Source: Schmidtea polychroa
Lineage: Eukaryota
Length of the DNA stretch: 64,000 nucleotides
Reading direction: 5' to 3'
Assembly: GCA_044892525.1 (NCBI GenBank)
Contig: CM097886.1
Location: forward strand, 1,178,001 to 1,242,000
Positions 1-13,600 of this stretch are shown in pieces. The translations under genes and the position numbers were made by a program. The first letter of the stretch is position 1; every line of letters begins with the position of its first letter. A model generated the notes under the pieces. The model was given only the letters and a program-made list of their open reading frames with translations. It ran no database searches and was not told where the DNA came from.

Positions 1-214
1 TCGATATAAACTCCTTGGAATTCGGAGAAATAATGCAATTGGATCAAATCAAACCCAAAAAAATCGAAACACCCTAATTTCTCACAAGATATCGATGCTT
101 CAAAATATCTTACCACAAATCCCTGTATAAAAATCCTGGGATCAAATACATACTTAGACTTTTAATGAGGGCCGAAGACTTTAATTTACTTTAAAATACC
201 CTCTGACTATAGTT

Positions 215-330
215 CTTCACATTGACATAACCCCAATCGGACATTGCACCCTAGTTCATTTTGCTTCACATTGACATAAACCCCATCCAGATGGGGGGGT
301 CGGGTGCAGTGTCCAGATATTTACCTACTC
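215..330. mobile_element. Right end of a Sola-like DNA transposon/MITE (left part not seen)
   Basis: Ends in TTACCTACTC, like the CTACCTACTC terminus of the 2027-2791 element. Preceded by a G-run, an inverted pair GGACATTGCACCC/GGGTGCAGTGTCC and a direct repeat CTTCACATTGACATAA. Confidence 0.4.
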
Positions 331-2026
331 GAGATAAATATTATAGTAAATAAAAATTACAGCGCATCTTGAATAGCCTAAATTGAAAGTAAAAAAATTG
401 AGTGTAAATTTATAATTGACCTATGATAATAAGTTAAAACAAAAATAGTGACTAATCATAACAACTGATAATATTTGATTAAAACTTTGATTTTGTCAAT
501 AACTTTAATTGGATTAACTAATTTATTTTCACATGTGACGTAAAAATTATTTATTTTAATATTATTATTATTTTGGATTTTGTTTTTATTTTCAAAGTTA
601 TCCGATAGCGTTTTATTTCTTTCTTTTTATCAGCTTTCTTTTTATTTTTGTCACTATAAAACAAAAGGAAAACAACATAAAATAAATCCTTTTTTTCTAA
701 AAATAGATGCGGGTGGATCTGTATTTATTTTTAATTCTTTACTCTTTCTCCTGAGCCTAACTAATTTTTATTGTCTTGGCAAGAAGAGATGAATCCTTCA
801 AAGAAATGGTTCTCTGTTTGATCTAATTGACAAACCTAACTATTAATATGCAGTCAAAAATAAGCAAAAATCATAATTGTAACTCTGTAAAACGTTTCTT
901 CAAAAAGAACTGAAAAAAAACTTGAAACAAATCCTTAAAATTTATTTAAAAAAATCAAATTTAATTTAATAAAATAAAAAATGTACACATGGGAAACGCT
1001 TACAAATATAAATCAACAGGCGATGAGCGTCACAGTAACCGTAAATGAACGCAATTTGGATAAGTTCATTTACCGCAATCTAATGATGGCTTTAATCTCC
1101 TTAATTAGCTATTTAATTGGTTCAGACCAGGGTTAATGCCCATATTTGACACACAAAATGTCAAATTTAGCACAAAATTACAAATCAGTTATAAATTATA
1201 CTCCTTTAAGTTTATTTTTCATTTTTCCCCTTTATGTGGCTAAACGTGTGTGTAAAATGTGTAAAATGTGTTAAGTTCAAGTAACAATAAAATTACTGAT
1301 TTTCTTTTCATAATTTATTAAAAATAAAATTTTTATTAGATAACAACAGATCAATAAACTTTTGAAGATAAAAACAAATTATTTGGAATATCTAAAAGCA
1401 AGACGTTCAATATAAAGGTTAAATTCCAGAATAAATCATAAACATTAAATTAAAGATGCAAAAATAATAAATTTCATAGGGACACGATAGAAATGAGTGA
1501 TACTGATAAAACAAATAAATGAAAGATAATTTTAACGTAATACCAGATCAAGGGGAGGTAGAAACATCAAAAAATTAATTAAAAAGTTATTATCATCATA
1601 AATCATTGGAATTGGGTAAATATTGATTGTTGACAACTGTAATAAATCATTAGAATATAAGTTAACAATAGGGAGGACCTAATAAATGAAATGTAGATTT
1701 ACGTTATCTGTATTTAAAATAAACATCAAACTTTTCATCTTCAAAATCTTGTAGAATTAAATTTTGAAATAAAACCTTGCAAAAACTATAAACTTTAATT
1801 AAGATGATGAATGTAATTTTCCGTAATTTTATGTAATCAAGATCAATAAAATGTCACACAACTTGCAATCATCAATTCAAGAGAAGAAGGATAATAAAGA
1901 TGACAATTTTTCAAACCTGAAGAAAAATCGATTACAAAAAAACAAAAATTGATATCAAATCAGTAATCAATGAGTAAATTGATTATTATTTTATTGTGCA
2001 AGGTTTCAATATACTCGATGACAGTA

Positions 2027-2791
2027 GAGTAGGTAGTTATATGCACTCCAGATCCAGATACCCCCCCCCCTATTTTTTAAAATACCCCCCATACTTTTTT
2101 TAAATCAAAATTTTTGTTTTAATCATCGATTACATAATATTTTTGTTTTAATCATCGATTACATAATATTTTTGTCTTAATCATTGATTACATAATATTT
2201 TAATTTGTTTTAATCGTCGATCGTATAACAATTTTAAAATTGTTGATTACGTCATTGATTTTAATTTTTTATAAGAATTTTTTATTTCAATATACTTGAA
2301 ATTTAATTCTCTGTTTAATGAGACTATGATGTAATCAAAATTCTGAAATTTCATTTTTTAGTACACCATTTTTGAATTTACACATTTTTTTAAACAAATT
2401 GAGATATTTTCACTCAAATAATATATAGATAGAATTTTAATCTCTATAAAATGACATCATTATTTACACCAATACATGGATATAAAATAGATGAGAAAGA
2501 TGTCATATCACCGATTTGGAGATTAGATAGTGCTCGAATTTCTCTGGGATTTTAATAAAAGTTTAGTTTTTAATACATCTTTTAATATGTCTTTTAATAT
2601 TTACTATCATAATGAGTTAAGTATAGATGAATAATTTGTATTTTTTAAAAGTTAAAAATATGTGTGTGTATGTAAAAGTTGGCTGAAAAATACATTGTTT
2701 AAGGTGTTATGATTATGAATTTGAAATTTTAAAAATTTAAAAAAAATAGGGGGGGGGTATCTGGATCTGGAGTGCACATAACTACCTACTC
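2027..2791. mobile_element. Non-autonomous MITE, Sola2-like
   Basis: ~50-bp TIRs (GAGTAGGTAGTTATATGCACTCCAGATCCAGATACCCC... / ...GGGGTATCTGGATCTGGAGTGCACATAACTACCTACTC), 4-bp TSD AGTA (2023-2026, 2792-2795) and GAG..CTC termini. Internal ~30-bp tandem repeat x3. Confidence 0.75.
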
Positions 2792-3276
2792 AGTAGAAAT
2801 CAAACTATCGGTAATTACTTTTGTGGTTTAAACAAATCAATGAATAAAATTGAAAAACGAGTTGAATAATTTTGCAATGAAATATGACAAATTGCCAAAA
2901 GAGGAAAGTCACATCCACACAGAGTAAAGAATGCATGTAAAATGCCAGAATCACGTTTATTTTAAACAGTTTTATATTTTTTATAACCACCTGTTTCCAC
3001 CTGAAATATATTGACTTTTGGATTCGAAATATGATTAATTAATCAATTTGCACAATATAATGAAAACAAGATTATTTTTATTACATTTATTTCATTCTTG
3101 AACAATAGTAAAAAATCTCATAGATAATGTCATCATATATATATATATATATATTTATTACCTAGACTGGCAATCAGTCAAAAAGTGACAGACCAATCAA
3201 AAATAAGAACCAATAATTGATTCAAAATAAAACCAACACAAAAAATCAAAAAAATTCTGGAAAATTTATTAACATG

Positions 3277-5219
3277 TCACCATAGGCTCCAAGGAGTTAA
3301 TTTTTGTAAATATGTAGGAATGCCGCTTACATTATATGGAAGTTCCACTGATATCTGGGAAAGATTGTGCATAGTCATTATCGATGATATAGTTTTTCTA
3401 AAAAAAATATTGGATATAGATGCTGTTTTGATCATATTAGTGATGGGATAGTTAGATTTGGATTTAAACTTTTAGTTGTTACCTAGGAAACGGGTTTGTG
3501 TAGTTGCAAAAATATGATATCAGCATGGTGGGCAAACCTTTCATATATCGGTATGTGCCTTATCCTGTCGACGCTTTCGCAGTAACTACATTCCCCCACA
3601 ACCACACATAAATATTTATTTCATCACTAAACGCCCGATGAGAGTGAAGTTGGTACTTCTATTTGGAGATTGGAAGTCAGTAAAAGATAAGTCCCATCAT
3701 ATCAACTGCTAATGTCCTGACGCTCCTCTGGGTCATGTGCTTACCGTAGAAGGTGCAGCGCTCTATTTCTTCTTGTTCACCCATCATTTTATTACTTATT
3801 TTAACTCATTATTGTTGATCTTCGTCTTAGATTTCTGTGCTCAGAATTTTTACTTAAAACAAATGAGATTTTCAAAGAATTCGAAACACGAGAATTTGCT
3901 ATCGGTGGCCTCTGTCGAAACATCTATGATCATGTTAACGAAATAGATCGAAGTTATCCATATTATGAATTTATTCAGTCAATTGTTCAATTTATTGTTT
4001 GGTCAAATTCATTATCCCATTTGGTTTCAAGACGATAACAGCAAAATATTTTGATTGATTCGCGTTGTTACTAATTTCCCGTCATTACTTTAATAAAACT
4101 AGCTCTAAATAAAACATCCAATTGCAATTACAAGCAAATAAAACGAGCTTCAACCAGGAATGAGCATCTATTTCTCACTAAATTACCTAAGAATTGTTAC
4201 CTTATATAATTATGTATATAAGTTCCTATATTGCTAAATGATATCCAAATCACTATGAACAGCTACAGTATTGTAACAAAGATAGAAATTTGATTAAATT
4301 TCCCAAATTTTACTTAAAATGATACATTTCTACCTAAATTTCATAAATTATCAATGAAATAATGAATGCAGTTAAATGAAATTATGTCGCAAAGCAGTAA
4401 CTTGTGGACTTAGCAACAATTAGAATGTGATTACGCTTAGACACTGGAATTGAAGGAATTAGTAGAAACTTTTGCGAGAAAGGCAAGAAAAATTAAATCT
4501 TAATTTTGTAACGATTATGCAATTGATAATAAATTGTTGTCACTTTAAATTTATTGTTTTCTTATATATATTTATTTTTTTATTAATCTGTGTGAAAGGG
4601 GGCATTTTAATAAGTTTTGCTTAGGGCGATAAATAAGCTGGCGCCGGCCCTGATATTATGTACCGACACATTTCAGTCACGAGCTTAGTTTTTGGGTCTA
4701 GAAATAAGTTCTAGCTCAACACCATTTACTCGCATTTGTTTACTTTCTGTTATTTATCAATGCTATGTTTGAGTTTGTTTCTTGCTCTTGTTCTTATTTT
4801 ATTTTATTTTTGTGTTTTATCTTTTTGGTCTTGTGTAAGTTCTTTTAATGGTGTTTACTTGATGTTTTATGTGTTTTGACCAGGTGCGAGACACGACTTA
4901 AAGCTATGGGTTAGTCAGTGTACCGGATGCAAACATTACGAAATCATGAGATATACCAAACAACCTATGGTCCATTATCCTACTGCAGGCGCGTACGCAG
5001 GATGAATCCATGGGGGGAGGGGGGGGGTTTCAGAAAACATATTTTGTATATGTATTTTTATTTTTTCACGTAATAGCTAGCACTATTTGCCAAATTATAT
5101 TTCACTTTATTTCAATATAAAAACAATTACCTATAGGTATATGAATAATAATTATACATTATAAGAAAAATTAATACAAAATCAATAAAAAATTAAGCAA
5201 GAAAAATTAATAGAAAATT

Positions 5220-5301
<82 letters not shown>

Positions 5302-7583
5302 GCATTCGGAATATTTCTTAAATTGTTTTAAGTTTATATATTTATTAATTATAGTTTTTTATATTGTTGTTGGAATCATGGGTGGGGGGGGGGGGTTAAA
5401 CCCTCAGTAACCCCCCTGCGTACGCGCATGTCCGACTGGAAATAGAATCGAAATTCTTCTTATTGAATTCGTTGGCCCTTTGTCTGTTTACTGTGGGTTT
5501 TCTTACCTTTTAACGACGATTAACCTCAAGACACATTGGTAAAGACAAAATCAAAAAATTGTTTTACGTAAAATTAAAATATTTTAAAAAATAAATTAAA
5601 AATCATCAAAAAAGAAAACAGAACAAAAGTGACCAAAAAATAGAGATTTTATTGATATTTTCTCAATTTTCTGATAACTTTGTAAAACAAATTTTTGACT
5701 TTGCCTTTTCAAGTTTTTTGCAAAAGGCAGGATCGAAAATTTGTGTTGAATAGAAAACATTAATCTATAATCGAAAAAAAATGAAAATGAAGGAATTTTT
5801 GGCAATAATTTATCTTTTACTGACTCAAATTATATAATAATTTTATAATACTGGAAAACCAAACGAAATCGTGAATATAAAAAATTTGAAATACGCGCCA
5901 AATAAACTGAAAATAGAAAAATCTTAATGCGCCGCTTAACTCTAAATATCCTAAACTTATTCCTCGGGAATCCACAAATAGTTCAGACAACTAAATTATT
6001 AAGTGATTTAACTGTCGAATGGGATTTAGATTGTTATACAAGTAGTAAAATATTTACGGTTACGCCAGTTATCTACCTATATTGGCCATTACTTTTTAAC
6101 GAATAAATATTGATTTAATTAATAATTTTCAAAAAATTCACCCATCTTCATAAATCATAAACATTGATGGAATTTGTACAGTTCGGTTAGTTTCATCGTG
6201 TGCCATAGTTATCACCATATTTTGTGATAAATCATAAACGATCATTGCAATAGCCCCAGCCTTTTGGCTCATTATTGCCTTGGTAACGAATGTACAGTTT
6301 CTGAATGGAAACGTTTGCACATCAAGATAACCAAACATCCACATGAACATTCAAATATAAATCATTAAATTTTAAAAATGTTTTTTCAGATTTGATTGGT
6401 TATTTACAAATTCTGTCACTTATTTTATTGAGCATAATTTGGAATTAGAGTAATATGAGAAACGGTTTTATTAATTTAAAAAGTCAAGCGGAGAAAAATA
6501 CGCATTCAAATGTGTTTTATAGTGCGTTAAAATAGTGAAATGTGTCAGAAAGTCTATTGTTCGCCCTGGAAACATTATCCTGAGGATCTCAAATATGCTG
6601 AAGGACATTAAATTGTAAAATAACACGCATTGAAATACTAAATACTAAATCAAATGTGTATATGAAAGGGGGTCAATAAATGTACCTGTCAAATTGAACT
6701 GAAGCACGTAAAGTGGGATAATAAATATTAAAAAATTGTCAATGCAAAACTCCAAAACATAATCAATCAATAAAATTAGCATATATAATGCAGGTACATA
6801 ATTATCAGTGTTGACAATCAGGGGCAACCAAATTATTGGGAACTCAAAGAGTTATAGCAATTATTTATTCAATGCAACAAATACCCTCATTTTAAAAATC
6901 AATTGTTCTGTTAAATAAGAAAAATTTGGAATTTTAATTCTTTTTAACATGGGAAATCGAAATATTATTTAAAAGATTGTAAATATTATATTAGGAAAAT
7001 TATATTTAACCGATAGAAAATAATATAGAAAAGCATTTCAGTCCCAAATGGTAAAAAACAGTTTGAATATTTTTACAGTTGTCGATTTCTTTTCTTTAAA
7101 GGTTTCCAGTCTTTATTTAAATATATAGCATAATACATAAACTCCAAATGAAAATTTGCTGTCAATTATGAGTGAAGTTAAATTTTGATGATCATTTATT
7201 AGGATTTAAATTTAAAGTAAGTTTGATTTTGTGATAGGTTCTAAATGTTTGCAAGATATTCCGATAATTGTAGCCTTTGAAGATAATTTGGAATTGATTG
7301 TTGTTTTATTGTATCAATGAATAGTTATTATGCTTGGTAACTTAATAAAGAATTTAAACGTACTGATTGTCGATAATATAGTTTTTGGTTTTAAAAAATT
7401 TTAAATTGTTCTTAAGTTCAATGAACAATTAGTATCAGATTAGAAACTGGTGCTCGAATAATATCGTTGAATGTGTTCTAGATATATGTACATAGGCTAA
7501 CAGGCAAACCTGGCCTATCTACCTGAGAGCAGTGGCGTACCGTGAGGTTCTTGCGCCTGGGGGCAACTGAGAAATTAGCGCCC

Positions 7584-7670
<87 letters not shown>

Positions 7671-10600
7671 AATTTTTTTAAAGAATATTAATGACGAATA
7701 ACAAAAAACACGGTTAATCAATGTAATTTTTAAAATTACAAATTTAGTAACTACTTGTCTTGTATTATTTACGTAGAGAATAAATAAAGTATATATATTT
7801 TAACACTTACCTTTTTTTAGTATTATGACCAAAAATGGATTAACTATAACGTAAACGTACTAAAATTTAAAATAATAAAGTTTTTGTGTTTTTATTTATA
7901 CACTACACGTATAAAAATAATAATAACAATCTAATAATAGTAATAGATTGATATCTACCTATCTCTATTGCCTTTGCCAATGATTTTAAACCTGAGATAT
8001 TTTTATTGAAATTTCCTTATTCGACCCCCCCCCCCTTATCATCCCCACACTACCTGGGAACAATAATATGAATAATAATATTAACACTAACAATAATAAT
8101 AATGATTCCTAATAATAACGNNNNNNNNNNNNNNNNNNNNNNNNNNNNNNNNNNNNNNNNNNNNNNNNNNNNNNNNNNNNNNNNNNNNNNNNNNNNNNNN
8201 NNNNNNNNNNNNNNNNNNNNNNNNNNNNNNNNNNNNNNNNNNNNNNNNNNNNNNNNNNNNNNNNNNNNNNNNNNNNTTCGAATTAGTCGAAAATAATTAA
8301 ATTTGTTGAAAAATTTTTTGTGGTTCAACTTAGTTAAAAGTAATTAAATTTGTTTTGTTTTTTTTCCGACTTTTGACTACTTTTACACTAGGAGGTGTCA
8401 CTTTCCCTCTTCTCTCGTGTGTGTGTGTGTGTGATAGGCTAGCTATAGAATGAGATAGACGCGTGACTAGAGCAGTAACGTGTTATCGTTGTCGTAATCG
8501 TTGGCTGCTTCTTCTTATCAATCTCAAAAATTTCAAAACTGTATCTATAATAACATACATCCAACTACTCAGCGTGTTTGACGAAATTAAATTTTACGAT
8601 TAATTTCATTACTAGTTATTTAAAGACGGTAAAATGTTCTAATATCTCTAACAGGCCTGCTGAAACGATAAACAAAATATTTGCTAATTTAATTATCTTG
8701 GCTAGTAATTTCGAATAAAATATCACCACTACATAATTTTGTCATTCGTATTCTGTGAGAATAAATCACAAATTTGTTTCAACAATCCAAATACTCCGGA
8801 ATTTGAAGAAAACCATGAACCCATTGCCGAATTCGCCACCCACAATATGTTGGATATGACCAAACTTGATCAACAAACATATTTCAATTCTTTCAACGGA
8901 AATCCGTTTACAAAAAAAATTTTGATTTTAAATGGGATGATGCATTTTCGAAAGATTCGTTATTTGGAAAAAAGGGATCATTAAAATAGCGTAGGGTGGT
9001 TATGAAAGAATTTGTGTTTAATTTAATATTGCTGCAATGTATTCACAAGTGGCTGAAACAGCAAATTTGTCTGATGATAGTGGCCTAAAAACTGCAGATA
9101 AATATTTTCAAGTTTTATTATAAATAAAGCGAGATTTTAAATTTTATGATGATATACTTGAAATTGATTATTAAAAGGCTAAATTTATTATTTTAAAATA
9201 TAATGTAACAATTTGTCAAAAGTTAATATACTAAAATATTTTATAGACCTTAAATTATTTTGGCTTTTTAATTATAAAAATTAGTCAATTTTAAATTATA
9301 TAATACCAATTGAATTTGTAAATATAATTGAATTTAAAGTGAATTAACAATAATAGATCTTTCCTGATTATAGTCTTAACAATCAATACTTAGTGTTTCT
9401 TTAGTAATATATATTAAGATCATTGGATAAAATATTTACTGCATTATTGTATAGCAAAAATAGTTTATTGCTAAGTTAAAAACTACAAAGGTACAAATAA
9501 TTAATTTTTATTTTTTAACTTTTATGTCGTAAATGGTTTAAACCTGCAGAGATTGGAATTGAAGGCAGGAGTAGAGAATTTGAGGAAGTATACAGGTTAA
9601 AAATCTACCAAATTAAAGCGGTAAGTGAAAGTAAACTTCGTCTTTGAAGGTTCGACTCAAATAATAAACGACTGAAATAAAAGGTTGTGAATATATGTAG
9701 TCGTGTAGATTAATGCATGTCAGAGTTACGTCTTTAACAACTTATTCAATGGGATGAATGAATTTCAGGAAGCTGTTTTATCGATATCTATATTCTGCTT
9801 GATTCTATATTCTACTAATTTGAAGGATCTCTGTTTATTATTATGATGCAATTGTATTAGTATCAACCATAACATTCTGAGATATTAACTTTACATAAAG
9901 ACATAGCAATTTGAATTTTGTATTAAATTGTTATTGTTTTATAAACATTAAATTGCTAAACTTAATTATGAAGTTAGTATTATTTACTAAACATATATTT
10001 ATTGAAATTTATCCATAATTATTAGCTGCTAAATATTTATCTATGTATTTAATAATATTTTAATTAAATCGATTTTAAAATATTTAGATGTTAGAAAATT
10101 TTATATTTATATATAATGCGTCAATATTTATTTTGTATTCCTTATTTAATTTTTGCTGCTCACCAGAACAAAATTTTATTGAAAATAAATTTCTAAATGA
10201 GCTTCTCCTAAGCTTTTTCCATCGCGGTGGCATGATTTTGTGACGGAAAACGAACAAAGCCTGACAAGGGTGATACAGGCAGTTCACACCTCTTACAATC
10301 TATTGTTGTTTTTAAAAAAAATTCTATTAATGTCGAATGAATAGGTATTTTTTATTTAACTATTTTCTAATTAACAACACACTGTGGCTACTGACAACTG
10401 CACATTTTGAATTGTTGTCCAGGGTAGCCAAACTCCGCCAATTGGGAATGTGTTTGTTGTTATTTATTATTGATGATATGTCAATGAAGTTTTATTTAAT
10501 TATTTACCCATTTATTTATTTTTTCAATTTTTCATTTGGGGTTTTACTGATGAGCTACTAATTGATAAATGAGACAACGCGAGTTCGCATTTATTTATTT

Positions 10601-13600
10601 TTACAAGTATTATATATATATATATTTTAATTCATTTTTATCTCCAATTGTTTGGTTTCATGTCGATACCGGATTATTGTTTCTTCCCGCTCATATATTA
10701 CCCCTTAGATGGTTACTGTCTCCAACATCGATATTCGAAATGCTTTTCCTTTTCTTCGCTTGTCGACATTCGAGCATTGGTCCATACTCAAGTATCGGGT
10801 GTATTCTTACCATCGACACATTTGTCATTAATGAAACACGTTCTTGTGAAGTTTCCAAAAATGATTCGGTGGCCCACTTCGCTACATTCTCGTCGATTGT
10901 CAAATCAATTTCTTCTGATTCCATTACATCGTCAACCTGAATTTGTGTCACTTTCTCCGTTATTGTAGTCGATGTTGATGCCATTTCTCGAAGTTTCCTA
11001 TATTCATCCAACGAATATCTCTTTGATGGTTGGTTTTTGGGCATTGGTATATCATCAAACCATTGATTTTCCTCTCTCTGATATACCTTGCGAATGCTTT
11101 TTACGTCCTCGAGAGCCGAATGCACACCAACTTGTTCTCCACATATTTCTCTTACTACGGTTTGTAATTTAAACCAATCCCTTCGTATTGTTACTCCCAT
11201 GTTCTGGAGTACTGGTGCTGCTGCCAAATCCCGAATGCCATACAATTGTTCGATCCATATTCCCAAATATTGGAGTTCTGCATGAAGGTCATGGCCTACT
11301 AAAATCTTACAAACTGTAAGCTGTTGGATGTCTTTTGTTGCCACATATTGATCGTATTGATTTCTGCTGGCCACTTCTGTGATTCCGTGGATTCTCGAAT
11401 TGAAGTGTCGAATTTTTCCTCTTGGAGTCAGGTATATATTCTTTATTATTTTTCTATATTAATTCATGATCGCTATTGCTAAAGGGACCATTTTTCCTTG
11501 TTCAGACGTGCCATATTCTGCATCAATAAATAATATTCTGTTGCGGATTTCTTCCAAATCCATTTCCTTTCTGAGAAGCGACATTTTCTTTTTCAGCATC
11601 TCTTTTGAAATTTTCAGTAATATTGGATCTTCTCTTTCACTTGGCTGCATCTGTGGGATTTCGTTGGCTTCATTTTCGGTTCTGATTTCCACTAACATGG
11701 TTGTTTCTTCATTCGCTGCTCGTAACATTCTCCACATGAAGTCTCCGCAACTTCCACGACGTGAATTTTCTAAGTTCCCACCATACTTTATTGTCATTCG
11801 TCAGTACCTCAACTGTACCCTTGATTACATGCAGGTGATATCTCAACTTCTTCTGCCAATCGCAATTTCGACTTCCTTATTATCGTGAACATTGTAATCT
11901 TCATTTCTCTGTCATCGATTCTCAAATAATTTGGGATTAGGAGATTGTCATTGATCCGGTATACTTGTTGTTCGGCATGATTGTTTATCATTTTGATATA
12001 GCGTCGTAGGTTGACCTTCCCCATTGTATTTGTTCCATTTTTTTTGCTAAAATAGTTATATAATTAAAATTTGAAATTAATTTAATTTTAGAACTAGGGT
12101 TGAGATGGGGTACCCAAAGGATACCGTCCCACCGACTAGTTATATAAATAAATAATAATTACCGTTTAATTAATTGTTGATTTTGTTTTTTTTTCAAAAT
12201 TAATGAATTTAACCCGCCTTTAATACCCTTATGAAAATTTTCTCTCCTCCTTAATACAGCGCTAACCAATCAAATTGATTCTTTCCGTTGACATTGCAAA
12301 GTGCAGATTCACAAGTAAAATAAAAAAAATGTTGATTATATCCATGATGAAATAAAATATTAATAATATCCATAAAATATTTGTACTATATTACTACTAC
12401 TACTTTATCAATTTTGCATGCAAAGTATTCATGTCTTACTACACAAATGTTTCTTCATAAACGATCCAAGGTCTCGCAATCTCGGATCGATTCGTAGAAG
12501 ATTTGGGTATTGATCGAAATTCAATTAGCACAATGATGATGAGAATAGTGAGAGTAGTTACTAATGTTACACACACAATTTCACTGTTAGTTTTTAATGA
12601 CGATATGGTTTCGTTATTAGTCATTGACTCATTGATGCTAGAAAAGATGATTCCGTTGGCAGAGCTTGTGGTTCGGTTTGACTGATTTGATTTCCATATT
12701 GCAAGTTGATAGATGGAATTTGCACAAATTTATTTTCCACTAAAGTTAATTGCCGTAGATTTGAAAATAGAAAACGTCTATAATATTTTATTTTGATGAA
12801 CACTAATTTTGACGTCGATATTGGTGAACGTTGACGAAAAGTTAATATTTGAGATTTATTTTTTTCATTTAATATCGATCCAATTTTTCCATAATATAAA
12901 ATAGCTTTTTGATTGGGTTCCGCTTGTCGGTTAACATTCACTGTTTGATTGAAGATATGAAAGATAACCCGGTTTGTTTCATTAACTAATCGTATCATAT
13001 GTTTACTAGAGTGGATTCTGATCCATTGACTATTAATCTCAGTTCCATTTTCATAATAATGAATCAGAATATTATAGTTATGTAATTTCAAATTTGCATA
13101 CTTTATAAAGGGTTTTCTGCATCTTTATTTGGTTATGATCTCAATGGATAACGTGATTCATCTTCTGCTATTATCTTCTTGCATCTATTTACATGAACGA
13201 TGATTGTCCCAGCCTTTTTATTGTTTTGTGGACGCAATTTTAAATTAGAATCCTTCTGGTTTGTTTATATACACGAGATCTCCAATTTCATGCGCCCATG
13301 CGCGTTTATCATAGCATTCTTTATACGCTTCTTGACTAATTTATAATCTGATACATCCATATATTAAATTTTTAAAAATAAATTTTATCTAAAAATGAAT
13401 ATATGCAAAATAGATCAGCCTCGTAAATCAACTATCCAGCAATCATTGTATATATAACTAGTATAAATAAAATATAATTTTATTAATTGAGATAACTAAA
13501 TTATTATTTCCAATAACATAAAATTAAATACGAAATAGATAAAAATAATTTTACATATTTTACACTGTAAATAATTAATTGTGCAATAAACAATTAAAAA

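Noticed and set aside
9600-9670. GGTTCGA T-loop-like motif
   Set aside because: No cloverleaf or acceptor stem; no tRNA or SINE supported.
10415-10445. TGGCGGAG... as a primer-binding site for the exonuclease cassette
   Set aside because: It lies downstream of the ORFs, not after a 5' LTR; a similar CAGGGTAGCCA motif occurs in the mex-3 upstream region.
10569-11888. Plus-strand ORFs over the exonuclease region
   Set aside because: Antisense shadows; the catalytic motifs are on the minus strand.
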